From: Candidatus Enterousia sp.
GTDB taxonomy: Bacteria; Pseudomonadota; Alphaproteobacteria; Rs-D84
Direction of reading: 5' to 3'
NCBI GenBank assembly: GCA_045546155.1
Contig: JAZQCG010000002.1
Location: forward strand, 74,533-138,532
DNA: 64,000 bases
Position numbers and translations under genes: made by a program. The notes beneath the pieces were generated by a model. That model ran no database searches and was not told the DNA's origin. It saw only the letters and a program-made list of their open reading frames with translations. Shown here piece after piece: positions 49,442-60,100 of this stretch (position 1 is its first letter; the number at the start of each line of letters is the position of its first letter).

Positions 49442-49888
49442 ATGAAGTTTATGAAGCAAGCATTACTTTGCGCCCAGCGCGCATACAATCACGACGATGT
49501 TCCAATCGGCGCGGTTGTTGTTCGTGATGGCAAAATTATCGCCCGCGGTGAAAACCAGGTTCAATTAAAACAGAATCCAACCCTGCATGCGGAAATTGTC
49601 GCAATAAACCGCGCGTGCAAAAAACTGGGGCAAAAGTTTCTAGATGATTGCGATATTTACGTATCACTTGAACCATGTGCAATGTGCGCAACCGCAATTT
49701 CATTTGCGCGTATAAAAAATGTATATTTTGCCGCAACCGATGAAAAGGGCGGTGGCATCACATCAAATGCACGAATCTATGAAACGGACAAACACTTATG
49801 GAAGCCAACCGTACACCACATGCCCGAATATGCCGACGAATCCGCAAAAATGTTACGCGAATTCTTTGCACTACGTCGAAAAAAATAA
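49442..49888 (+). CDS. tadA: tRNA-specific adenosine deaminase
   Basis: HAE...PCAMC zinc-binding CDA motif. Start ambiguous (49415/49442/49451). Confidence 0.85.
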   Translation: MKFMKQALLCAQRAYNHDDVPIGAVVVRDGKIIARGENQVQLKQNPTLHAEIVAINRACKKLGQKFLDDCDIYVSLEPCAMCATAISFARIKNVYFAATDEKGGGITSNARIYETDKHLWKPTVHHMPEYADESAKMLREFFALRRKK

Positions 49889-49912
49889 TCCCGCGCATGC
49901 GGGATTTCTTTA
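49886..49912. terminator. bidirectional terminator AATCCCGCGCATGCGGGATT
   Basis: Seen in sequence. Confidence 0.6.
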
Positions 49913-51385
49913 TATCAACGATTTGCCAGTCATATCTTCTGGCTGTTTAATCCCCAGGATTTTCAGCATGGTTGGTGCAACATCTGCCAAACCGCCATCA
50001 CGCACATTTACAGGCGGATTATTCGACACAACAATTAAATTCACTGGATTCGTTGTATGTGCCGTCCATGGAGCATTGTTTTGATCATCCCACATTTGTT
50101 CTGCATTACCATGGTCTGCTGTAATCAACAATGTTCCATCCAACTTTAACACCGCCGACACCAGTCGCGCCAATTGCGCATCCAGCACTTCCATTGCACG
50201 CACTGTGGCATCAATATTACCCGTATGCCCAACCATATCCCCATTGGCCCAGTTTAATATTACAACGTCATAGTCCCCTAATACCGGCAACAGTGCATCT
50301 GTGATTTCAACCGCGGACATTTCAGGCTTCAAATCAAATGTCGCGACATCTGGCGACGGGACCAGAATCTTTTTCCCGCCCACATAGTCAATATTGCGTT
50401 CTGCATCCATAAAGTATGTTACATGATTATACTTTTCTGTTTCTGCAATTCGCAATTGCGCCAAACCATTGGCGGCCAAAACATCCCCCAGTGTATTTTC
50501 AACCACCATATCGTTAATCAGTGCAGGGCAAACTTCGTTTAAACCTTCGCCATATTGTGAAAAGCACAACACACGAACACCTGTTTTAACTATCTCGCGC
50601 ATAATTTGGCGGGCGCGATCACTGCGATAATTGCCGAATATAAAACCATCTTTGTCTGTAATCGGCACATCGCCCTTTATGATGGTCGGTTTAATAAATT
50701 CATCTGTTTCGCCACGCGCATACGCATCCTGTAGCGCGGCATCAATTGTTGTCGCAAAATATTCAGACCGTCCACACGCAATCGCATCAATCGCCAATGC
50801 GGTGCGGTCCATATTATTGTTCCTGTCCATGGCATAGTACCGTCCCGACAAAGTCCCCCAAATCGCACGGCCATCCATGAAATAGGGCGCCAAAGCATCC
50901 TTAATCAAATCGATATACTTCTTGGCGGACTGTGGCGGTGTGTCACGTCCGTCGGCGATAAAGTGAATACATACACGCAAGCCTGCATCAATAACATGTT
51001 TTGCAATAACCAGAACATCATTTACATCGGAATGAACGCGCCCGTCACTCATTAACCCTGCGATATGAACGATGCCACCTGTGGAACGTACATCGGCAAC
51101 AAACGCGTTCAGGGCTATATTTTTATCCCAATTTTCAATCTGAAACCGGCGCAGGAATTGATTAACAACGCGTCCCGCACCGATTGTGATATGCCCAACC
51201 TCTGAATTTCCCATTGTGCCAGCGGGCAGTCCAACGGCAACACCACTGGCATCCAGTTTACTGTGCGGATATTCCTGTAATAATTCGTTAAAAAATGGCA
51301 TGTTTGCCATCGCCACAGCATTATTTTCTGGGCTTGTATTAATACCCACACCATCCATTATACATAAAACTAACGGTTTTTTCAT
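49910..51385 (-). CDS. gpmI: 2,3-bisphosphoglycerate-independent phosphoglycerate mutase
   Basis: LCIMDGVG, MGNSEVGH motifs. Start trimmed to MKKPLVLCIMDG. Confidence 0.9.
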   Translation of the reverse strand: MKKPLVLCIMDGVGINTSPENNAVAMANMPFFNELLQEYPHSKLDASGVAVGLPAGTMGNSEVGHITIGAGRVVNQFLRRFQIENWDKNIALNAFVADVRSTGGIVHIAGLMSDGRVHSDVNDVLVIAKHVIDAGLRVCIHFIADGRDTPPQSAKKYIDLIKDALAPYFMDGRAIWGTLSGRYYAMDRNNNMDRTALAIDAIACGRSEYFATTIDAALQDAYARGETDEFIKPTIIKGDVPITDKDGFIFGNYRSDRARQIMREIVKTGVRVLCFSQYGEGLNEVCPALINDMVVENTLGDVLAANGLAQLRIAETEKYNHVTYFMDAERNIDYVGGKKILVPSPDVATFDLKPEMSAVEITDALLPVLGDYDVVILNWANGDMVGHTGNIDATVRAMEVLDAQLARLVSAVLKLDGTLLITADHGNAEQMWDDQNNAPWTAHTTNPVNLIVVSNNPPVNVRDGGLADVAPTMLKILGIKQPEDMTGKSLI

Positions 51386-51500
51386 AACAGCTCCATATTT
51401 CACCAACATTATACACGTTTTTTAATTGCAAAATAATAGAAAATTTATACAATTACATGGTAGATAAGAAATATATCATATAATCGCAGGAGAAAAAAAC

Positions 51501-51923
51501 ATGCCAGGAAAACCATATGTACCAACATTTGTAGACGAACACATTGGTCGTCGTATTCAATTGCGTCGCAATATGCTGGGGCTGTCACAAAAAGATTTGG
51601 CCGATGCATGTGGTGTTACGTTTCAACAGGTTCAAAAATACGAAACTGCGGGCAATCGTGTATCTGCATCCCGCCTGTTTGATATTGGCCGCGTAATGGA
51701 CACACCGGTATCATTTTTCTTTATGGGACTGCCGGGCAATTTGCCAGACGAAACAAAAACAACGCGTTCCCAGCCCGTCATGCGTGTTTCATCCCAGGCC
51801 GCCGAAGACCCAATGGGTAAGAACGAAACACTGGAAATTATCCGGTTGTATTGGAAATTATCTGATGATAGCAAACGCGAAGCTGTCTTAAAATTGCTAA
51901 AATCTATGAACGGTTTAGAATAA
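51501..51923 (+). CDS. XRE-family helix-turn-helix transcriptional regulator
   Basis: IGRRIQLRRNMLGLSQKDLADACGVTFQQVQKYE. Confidence 0.7.
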   Translation: MPGKPYVPTFVDEHIGRRIQLRRNMLGLSQKDLADACGVTFQQVQKYETAGNRVSASRLFDIGRVMDTPVSFFFMGLPGNLPDETKTTRSQPVMRVSSQAAEDPMGKNETLEIIRLYWKLSDDSKREAVLKLLKSMNGLE

Positions 51924-51950
51924 AAAAATCCGGCAAAGCCGGTTTTTTTA
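51921..51950. terminator. bidirectional terminator AATCCGGCAAAGCCGGTTTT
   Basis: Serves both the XRE gene (+) and tRNA-Met (-). Confidence 0.6.
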
Positions 51951-51954
51951 TACT

Positions 51955-52030
51955 TGGTGGGTTAGGTAGGACTTGAACCCACGACCAAAGCGTTATGAGC
52001 GCTCCGCTCTAACCACTGAGCTACTAACCC
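51955..52030 (-). tRNA. tRNA-Met (anticodon CAT; elongator-type stem, could be lysidine-modified tRNA-Ile2)
   Basis: 76 nt. Acceptor GGGTTAG/CTAACCC. Anticodon loop CTCATAA. T-arm GGTTCAAGTCC. Confidence 0.8.
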
Positions 52031-52106
52031 ACGGCGCATATTATATATCATTTAAAATTTCACGCAAGGGAAAAATACAGCAAATAAAACCCATAGTATA
52101 AAAAAC

Positions 52107-52140
52107 AAAAAATCCCCCAACGGGGGATATATTTTAAAGC
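52107..52140 (-). terminator. terminator AATCCCCCAACGGGGGATAT plus T-run
   Basis: Downstream of the 52154..53413 gene. Confidence 0.6.
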
Positions 52141-52153
52141 CTTTTGATATCTT

Positions 52154-53413
52154 TTATTTTTGTACGTTCAATATGCATTTCTCGTAATCTTCTGGGTCAG
52201 ATACCTTGGTCCAACATTGATTCACAACCGCAGAGGATTTTGTACGCATATCTTGCCCATATTGCATATCGCTTTTAGAAAGCGCTAACGCATCTTCACA
52301 TTGATTTTCTTTAACATCAAAAATCTTTCCGGTTGGGCATTTCACACACACGCCATATGCAACACCATTATCTGGACGCGCCACCCCAGATTTTTTGCTG
52401 TTTTCTGAAATACACTCAATGCACTCCAAAGAGTCTGGTGACACAAACCCATATAAATGATTTTTACATGCAATGACTAATGTAGTACCCGTGTCAATAA
52501 TTTGATGGACTTTTTCGTCATAGCCCGGTTTTGCCTTCAGTGTGTCATATAAACTCATTTGTTTTTCATCTGTTTTTTTTGTATACGCCCCACTTTCGTT
52601 TTGAACAACAACCCCAGCAACCTGATCCGAGTTATATTCTACACAATCTGTCTTGTCCTGATTTGGAACATAACCGTTTGTACACAACAATACTTCACCC
52701 GATGAATTGGATTTTATTTTTACAAAGATATGATCATCTTTGTTTTTACGTCTAGAACCACATACAACAGTTACCGGCGCGACCTTCACGCCATTTTGTG
52801 TAAATTTAGTCACACCTAATAAAATATCGGCTTCCTGGTTCTTGTACCATTTATGAGCATAGGCATACATTGCGCCCTTCAATTTGGCTTCCTCATAATC
52901 CTCATCCCCTTCGTGACCAGAAAAGGAATAAGCATTACTGCGCCAGTCGGATGCAGGAGATTTTGTAGAACCATCGGACGTTGCATCTGTGGTCTTGGTA
53001 CTACAGTCGGGACCAGTAAAACCATCTGCACAATAAACCTGACAATCCGTCACACCACCATTAGCTTTATAACGTGTGTGCGACATATTATCCTTATAAC
53101 CAGAGCTTGCCCAACATGAAATCTGAACTGGACGTAAACACGCACCATTTTTAAATCGTTTTTCTGCTACAATTGAATAAATTTTATCATATTCATAAGA
53201 CCCGTTCCCCAGTCCCGCCAATGCAGATTTCATAACAAAATCACCCGCATCAAACGTTGGCCGTGTTTTATTTCTAGAATCCGTATCAGCTCCACTACCG
53301 ATCGACTGTGACAATGTTTTAAATGCAGCCGACCAGGTGTCGCCAGCAGATGCCATAGCATACGACGGCATTAACAAAAAAAACGCAAACCCAATATATA
53401 ATGCTTTTTTCAT
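52154..53413 (-). CDS. secreted Cys-rich hypothetical protein (419 aa)
   Basis: Signal peptide MKKALYIGFAFFLLMPSYAMA. ATGA-type overlap with the upstream gene. Confidence 0.5.
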   Translation of the reverse strand: MKKALYIGFAFFLLMPSYAMASAGDTWSAAFKTLSQSIGSGADTDSRNKTRPTFDAGDFVMKSALAGLGNGSYEYDKIYSIVAEKRFKNGACLRPVQISCWASSGYKDNMSHTRYKANGGVTDCQVYCADGFTGPDCSTKTTDATSDGSTKSPASDWRSNAYSFSGHEGDEDYEEAKLKGAMYAYAHKWYKNQEADILLGVTKFTQNGVKVAPVTVVCGSRRKNKDDHIFVKIKSNSSGEVLLCTNGYVPNQDKTDCVEYNSDQVAGVVVQNESGAYTKKTDEKQMSLYDTLKAKPGYDEKVHQIIDTGTTLVIACKNHLYGFVSPDSLECIECISENSKKSGVARPDNGVAYGVCVKCPTGKIFDVKENQCEDALALSKSDMQYGQDMRTKSSAVVNQCWTKVSDPEDYEKCILNVQK

Positions 53414-53414
53414 A

Positions 53415-55793
53415 TTATTCACCACTGTTTGTTTTCGCCACATAGCACATATTGTTTTCAAAATACCCTCCCAACATAGAACACTGTTGCTTATACCAAG
53501 TATCCGAAAGTGTGCATGTCTGGCTACTGTCGTTCCATGTTGCGATTGGTGTTTCACCTTCTGTATTGCTGGTTAAGCATTGAACATAGGCCGTGTTTTC
53601 TACACAAATACCGCCAAAATCGTCTTTATTGGGTGTTTCACCCCCAAAAGCGACCTTTGTAAACGCAGGTAACCAATTTGTCATTTCTTCAAAACCCTTT
53701 GCCTCAGCGGAATACCAAATTCCTTCAAGATCTTCGCACATGGTTGACATTTGACCTTCCAAATCGTCAACCACATCTTCCACAGAAACTTGTAATTTTT
53801 GCCGTACTGTTGTTGCCAAATTACCATATGTTTTTTCCGTTTTTGTTGGATCTGAACAATTTGTTATGGCGTACGCTACAAGTGTTTTGGCTAAATTTTT
53901 ACCAGGATTCGAACCATCATAACTATCCACAAAGACACCATTTGTATTCAATCCCAATTTACGACATTTCCACGGATACCCCATCTCACCTGACTCGGGC
54001 GTACATAATTCTTCTACATACGCATCAATTGCATCTTCGCAACCTTCGGCTACACGCGTATTATCAACATTATCAACAAAACTTAACAAGGCTGTCAAAC
54101 CACACGTTGCGCCATTGCTTATACGACCACTACCATCAAATTCGCAGGCTGAATTTTCCGTCTCATTACCATACAGTGCTGCACACGCAACAACCTTATC
54201 TTTACACATTGCTTTTGCAGCATACGCACTTATTGCCCCCGCCGCTTTTGATGTTGTGTCATCAAAGTCCTTTAAGGCCCCAGATTGAGTATCATAACAC
54301 TCCTTCATCGTAGAAACACAAGACATACGAACAGATTCCAATTTTTCTTCTTGGGCCTGGGAAATTTCAATCAATGCTGCGCGTTTAAATTCTGTCCAAA
54401 CCAAATCAGAAATATCACGACATGAATCCAAGGCTGTTGTCGCAAACATTTTGCGTTCATCTAAAAATTTTGCGAACGTATCGTTTTGTCCCAGAACATC
54501 AGCGCTTTGACCATCTAAATTTATCAAATCTGCCAACTGGAACAAACGCGCGGTATAAATGGGCTCACCCGTTGTCTGATTGATAAACGCCCCCGTAGGA
54601 TCTAAACAACGCTTATAGTTTGCGCCACAGGCGGTATCCGCCAACATTGCAGAACGCACCTTGTCTAAACACTCGTTTACGTCCTGGGAATTATGGGCAC
54701 GATATTCTTCCAATCGCGCTTCACGCAAGATTTTTTCAGCCTGGCGAACTGTATTTTGAACCTGTTGACGCTTGGCATCAATGCTTCTTTCATATGCATT
54801 ACAATCCTGGGTAATCATGATGCCATATGCACTTTTTGCCATGTTTGCAACCGCACCACTGGGGCAATTATCTGCAACCATTTCTGCGCACTGTTTGTGT
54901 ACCTGGGTAAATAAATCACCACCTTCCAGGCTTGCAAAGTCAACTTCGTTTGCGCCGCCAAATATAGATGATGACGAACCACCCCAAACGTCCCCAATAT
55001 CAGCCGAAAAATCCAACGACATTACACCCAGCGACGTAGAACTAGATGAATTTGATGCTTTCTTCTTGCCAGAAATCAAATCACCGATTTCCGCCAACAG
55101 TTTTGCCGCACCACTGGTATCATTTTTAATTGCCGCTTCACCAACCGTGGCGGAATACATTGCGTCAACTTCTGCTGCGGTCTTGTCAACCGCGTTCAGG
55201 TTGTTATCTTCAAATTGTTGCAATAAAACCTTTGCCTGGTCCAGGGCATCTTCGGTATCACGAAAACCTGTAAAACGGTCACTACAGAAACAGCGCCGAT
55301 ATGTATCATTGGCCTTGGCACAGAATTGATCCATACATGTCGCATATGCTTCACGACATTGAGCATAACCACCACCAATCTTGGACACATCATCAAAAAC
55401 AGCCGTCGCACGTGACATTTGTGCACGGGACACACCCGTACGCGCAACATTTACCGCGCTGCGCACTGGGGCAACTGCGGAACGTGCACTGCGCGCCATT
55501 GTGGTCGCACTGCGTGAAATAGTTTTTGCGTTGCGCGCGTTACGCGATGCGGTTACCGTCCCCGCACGTGATGCAACCGTCGGGGTTGCCGCCGCACGCG
55601 AGGTTGTTGTTGTGCGTGCCGCCATTGCACGTGGTGTGCCAGACACATCGCCACGCTTTACGTCGCGCCCCGCCGCGCGTGCCGGCGCGATATTACCCGC
55701 CACCGCCGCACGTGAATTTTGTGGACCAACTGCATCCGCCGAACCAGCCACCAAAAAAGCCGCCATCAGCGCAGAAAACCGGAAAATTTTATT
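53415..55793 (-). CDS. large secreted Cys-rich protein with N-terminal Ala/Arg/Thr-rich low-complexity region (GC-rich DNA, 55400..55760)
   Basis: Signal peptide MNKIFRFSALMAAFLVAGSADA. CRExxxxC...C.C module shared with the 16236..17487 protein. Confidence 0.5.
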   Translation of the reverse strand, partial: NKIFRFSALMAAFLVAGSADAVGPQNSRAAVAGNIAPARAAGRDVKRGDVSGTPRAMAARTTTTSRAAATPTVASRAGTVTASRNARNAKTISRSATTMARSARSAVAPVRSAVNVARTGVSRAQMSRATAVFDDVSKIGGGYAQCREAYATCMDQFCAKANDTYRRCFCSDRFTGFRDTEDALDQAKVLLQQFEDNNLNAVDKTAAEVDAMYSATVGEAAIKNDTSGAAKLLAEIGDLISGKKKASNSSSSTSLGVMSLDFSADIGDVWGGSSSSIFGGANEVDFASLEGGDLFTQVHKQCAEMVADNCPSGAVANMAKSAYGIMITQDCNAYERSIDAKRQQVQNTVRQAEKILREARLEEYRAHNSQDVNECLDKVRSAMLADTACGANYKRCLDPTGAFINQTTGEPIYTARLFQLADLINLDGQSADVLGQNDTFAKFLDERKMFATTALDSCRDISDLVWTEFKRAALIEISQAQEEKLESVRMSCVSTMKECYDTQSGALKDFDDTTSKAAGAISAYAAKAMCKDKVVACAALYGNETENSACEFDGSGRISNGATCGLTALLSFVDNVDNTRVAEGCEDAIDAYVEELCTPESGEMGYPWKCRKLGLNTNGVFVDSYDGSNPGKNLAKTLVAYAITNCSDPTKTEKTYGNLATTVRQKLQVSVEDVVDDLEGQMSTMCEDLEGIWYSAEAKGFEEMTNWLPAFTKVAFGGETPNKDDFGGICVENTAYVQCLTSNTEGETPIATWNDSSQTCTLSDTWYKQQCSMLGGYFENNMCYVAKTNSGE

Positions 55794-55854
55794 CATTGAA
55801 TCTTTCACTTTGCTTCTCTCTTAGGTCTATTCTACCATTTTTTTGGTATTTGAA

Positions 55855-56244
55855 TCAACACCTTATTTTTTTAATGTCACTTAAATCGATAAAGCCCATA
55901 TTTAGTCCCCAAAACATTGCGTACGCTTCATACGCAGAATCAAAACACTCGTACGCACGCTTTTTATTTGGAAATGCGCGCACACCATCCGACATTAGTG
56001 ACATTGCCGTGCCCAACAATTCCTGAGACTTTTTAATATATTCAGCCCGTTTTACAACCCGCGACATTAAATTTTTACGCGTGTCCGCCACCATTTGCGC
56101 AATTTGACTGTCTGGGGCAATATTTTCAATCGCAATCAAATTCATCAGACCAATTGTTAAATCCTGGTCACTGGACAGGTCGCGTGGATTAACCTTTTTT
56201 GCCGCATCCGCGCGGGCAATCATTTCTTTTATAGATTTTTTCAT
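55855..56244 (-). CDS. hypothetical protein (129 aa)
   Basis: 4-nt overlap with the rsmH stop. Confidence 0.4.
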   Translation of the reverse strand: MKKSIKEMIARADAAKKVNPRDLSSDQDLTIGLMNLIAIENIAPDSQIAQMVADTRKNLMSRVVKRAEYIKKSQELLGTAMSLMSDGVRAFPNKKRAYECFDSAYEAYAMFWGLNMGFIDLSDIKKIRC

Positions 56245-57104
56245 TTATTATCCCCTTGGGTCAATTTAATCACGCCACGCATGTGTGCCGAACGCGCACG
56301 CGAATTGTTTTCTAGTTCCTTGGCATCGGGCAGGGCCGTTTTTATTGCCGCAAATGGCGCGCTTTCAACCAATGGCATGCGTGGGTCGCCTGGCGCGGTT
56401 GTCCATGTTCGAAACGTATTCTTAACAATTCTGTCTTCTATCGAGTGAAATGTTACACAAATACATTTTCCACCAACCTTTAACAGCCCCGGCACAGCCG
56501 CCAACGCGCGCTCAACTTCACCCATTTCATCATTAACCGCAATGCGCAGCGCTTGAAAGATTGGTGCAATGTCTTTTGGATTATGTATCAAGTCGCGCAA
56601 CTGAAACGTAGTCTTAGGCGTTGCGTTTTTGATTGCGCGTGCAATATTCATAGCGTTTCGAACATCCCCATAATTTCGCAGGATGCTGGCCAGTTCTTCA
56701 ACCCCCAATTGTTCTATTAGTTGCGCTGCCGGAACAAGGTTTACTGTATCCATCCGCATATCCAGGGGCGCATCCATACGAAACGAAAATCCACGTTCGC
56801 CATTATCAATCTGCATTGATGAAATCCCCAGGTCAAACACAATCGCATCATATTCGCCTTCTAGCATTGAAATAGATGAAAACGCATGTGGAATAAAATT
56901 AAATCGATTGCCATATTCACTACGTACTAATTCAGCATCCGCCGACACATTTGGGTCACGATCAAACGCCGTCACGGTTGCGCCACGTTCTAAGAACGCA
57001 CGCGTGTAACCACCTGCACCAAATGTACAATCAATAATATGCTTGTTTTGAATATCACCCAAAGCATCTAAAACAGCATCCAACAAAACCGGTATATGTT
57101 TCAT
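56241..57104 (-). CDS. rsmH: 16S rRNA (cytosine1402-N4)-methyltransferase (MraW)
   Basis: MKHIPVLLDAVLDAL...DCTFGAGGYT. Confidence 0.85.
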   Translation of the reverse strand: MKHIPVLLDAVLDALGDIQNKHIIDCTFGAGGYTRAFLERGATVTAFDRDPNVSADAELVRSEYGNRFNFIPHAFSSISMLEGEYDAIVFDLGISSMQIDNGERGFSFRMDAPLDMRMDTVNLVPAAQLIEQLGVEELASILRNYGDVRNAMNIARAIKNATPKTTFQLRDLIHNPKDIAPIFQALRIAVNDEMGEVERALAAVPGLLKVGGKCICVTFHSIEDRIVKNTFRTWTTAPGDPRMPLVESAPFAAIKTALPDAKELENNSRARSAHMRGVIKLTQGDNK

Positions 57105-57106
57105 GG

Positions 57107-60100
57107 CTATTCTACCTCTACCTTAACCCCAAGTGCGGCAATATCCGCAGCGGTCGTCGCCCCAAGCTCAACCCCGCCCGGCAACATCATTGTCGCAATC
57201 TTGTCTGCACCATGCAGATTCAGTTCCACCCGCGTATGCCCCGGCACCAATGCCACCAATGCTTTTTTGACGTCTGCCAATGCTGTGGCGTCCCAAATGT
57301 CTAAGCTAATCTTGCGCGCTATTTTTGCCACCCATTGTGACAAAGGAATAATAGAATCAACAAATATAGACACCCGATCATCACGCGCCGATGTCTTGCC
57401 AGACAATATTACAACTGTTTCTGTGCTTAAAATCTGGGCAAATTCAATTGCTGAATCCCCAAATGCAACCGCATCAATATTACCATAACTGTCTGATGCA
57501 TTAATGGTTATCATTTCTTTGCCGGTCTTGGTACGACGACGACCAAATGAATTAACCGTTACTGCAATCTGAACTGCTTTTCGGTCGCCTAATGCTTCTA
57601 ATGTCGCACTGGTTGCCAATCCTGCACGCGCAATCAACCCTTTGTATTGATCCAATGGGTGTGCCGAAATATAAAATCCCAACGCAGACAATTCATTTTC
57701 CAATTTTTGATTAAACGTCCACGGTGTAGTTTTTGGCAAATTTTTGTGCAACCTATCTTCGGCAACATCGTCTTCGACTGTATTTGCAAACAAAGACAAC
57801 GCGCTGGCACTTTCTTTTGATTTTGCAGCATACAACAATATCGCATCTGCGTTCATATATATGGCTGCACGATTTGGTTCAAGAGAATCTAAAACCCCAA
57901 CCTTGGCAAAAGCTTCCAGAATTCGTTTGTTCATAATATGCGCACAACGCTTTGCAAAGTCGGTAAGGTTTTTGAATTTTCCATTTGCATTACGTTCTGC
58001 AACAATCAAATCTGTCGCCGCTGTCCCAACACCTTTTAGGGCGGCTAAGCCATAAATAATTTTGCCGTCACGAACCGTAAACAAAGATTCACTTTGGTTA
58101 ATATCTGGCGGAACAATTTGAATATTAAAATTAGTTTTGGCGTCATCAACAAATATTGCCAACTGATCTGTATCGTTCAGATTACTGGACATAGATGCCG
58201 CTAAAAATTCTGGGGTATAGTTTGCCTTTAAATACGCGCATTGATTGGCAACGATTGAATACGCAATCGCGTGTGACTTATTAAATGCATACTTGGCAAA
58301 TTCCTTAAACTTTTCCCACAAATCTTTTGCCGTTGCACGATCCAGTGTGCCTTCTTTTTCACACCCTTCATAGAATTTACCTTCCAGTTCGTCCAACATG
58401 GCAATAATTTTTTTACCCATCGCCTTACGCACGTTGTCCGATTGACCGCGTGTGAAGCCTGCCAATGCGCGCGTTAGCTGCATAACCTGTTCTTGATAAA
58501 CAATAATACCATATGTTTCTTTTAAGATTGGCTCTGCCTTTGGATGAACATATTCGATTGGCTCTTCACCATGCATACGCGCAATGAACTGGGGAATAAA
58601 TGCGATTGGGCCCGGACGGTTCAACGCATTTAATGCAGAAATTTCCAAGAAACTTGTTGGGTGCATTTTACGCAACGTCTGCTGAACAAACGGGGCATCA
58701 AACTGGAATATACCTTCGGTTAATCCCTGTTGCCACAAACGCATTGTTTTTTCATCATCGGTTGGAATTTGATCCAAATCTATATTTATTCCACGTGTTT
58801 GCTGAATCAATCGCGTTGCATATTTTAACACAACCAATGTTTCCAACCCCAAAAAGTCAAACTTAATCAGCCCTGATTTTTCCAGATACTTTCCATCATA
58901 TTGACATGACGGCAACGGGTTCGCAGGATCACGATAAACCGGTGCGATTTTAGTTGTAGGTCTGTCACCAATAACAACGCCACACGCATGTTGCCCCAGG
59001 TTGCGCAAACTGCCTTCTAATTCTTCGGCAACTGTAACGACCTTGTTCATATCTTCATCTTGATTCAAAATATCCTGAATTTCAGTTGAAACACTAACCG
59101 CATCTTTTAATGTTTTTGCATCCTGTGGAATTAACTTTGATAAACGGTCGGACTTAGAATAGGGCAATCCGTACACACGTCCAATATCACGAATTGCACC
59201 ACGCGCCTGAAGTGAACCAAATGTAATAATACGACATACTGAATCATGACCATACTTATCGCAAACGTATGCTAATACCCGTTCAATCCCAGTTGGTTCA
59301 AAGTCAACGTCAAAGTCCGGCATTGAAATACGATCCGGGTTCAAGAAACGCTCAAACAGCAAACCATATTTCAACGGATCAACATTTGTAATCCCCAATG
59401 CCCACGCAACAATCGAGCCCGCACCCGAACCACGTCCTGGGCCTGTTAAAACATCATTGTTTCTGCACCACTCAATATAGTCCGCAACGATTAAAAAATA
59501 CCCCGGGAATCCCATCCCGATAATAACCCCCAGTTCAAATTCTGCCTGTTCATAATATGGGGCGGTATCTGTGATATTATGTTGTTCCAGTCGACGTTTA
59601 AGACCGTTCATGGTATTGTCGCGCAACATCTGACACTCGGTTTCCAAATCGTCACCGAAACGGGGCAACAAAGGTTTTTCATGAACATTCACCATAAAAC
59701 CACAGCGTTGCGCAATTTTATATGTGTTTTCACACGCTTCTGGCAAATCAGAAAAAATTTCCCACATTTGCTCGCTTGATTTAAAATATTGTTCAGATGA
59801 TTTACGTGGACGTTCTGGATCTATTACCTTGGTCTGACCCAACACGCACCCCAACGCATCAGCCGGTTCATAGTCTGAATCCGAACCAAAACACACATCG
59901 TTTGTTGCAACAATTGGTATATTTAATTCTTGTGCAATTTCCAAGAACATTGGTTCGGTCTTAATTTCATTTTCCAAACCATGTCGTTGAATTTCCATAT
60001 AAAAACGATTTCCAAAGATTTCTAATAATTGCTTTGCATAAATCTTGGCCTGGGCATCTTGGCCATTTAAAATCGCCATGCCGATTGGCCCCAAATGTGC

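Noticed and set aside
55381-55824. 147-aa + strand ORF rich in Ala/Arg/Val
   Set aside because: It is the antisense reflection of the GC-rich Ala/Arg/Thr low-complexity segment of the minus-strand secreted protein. No start context.
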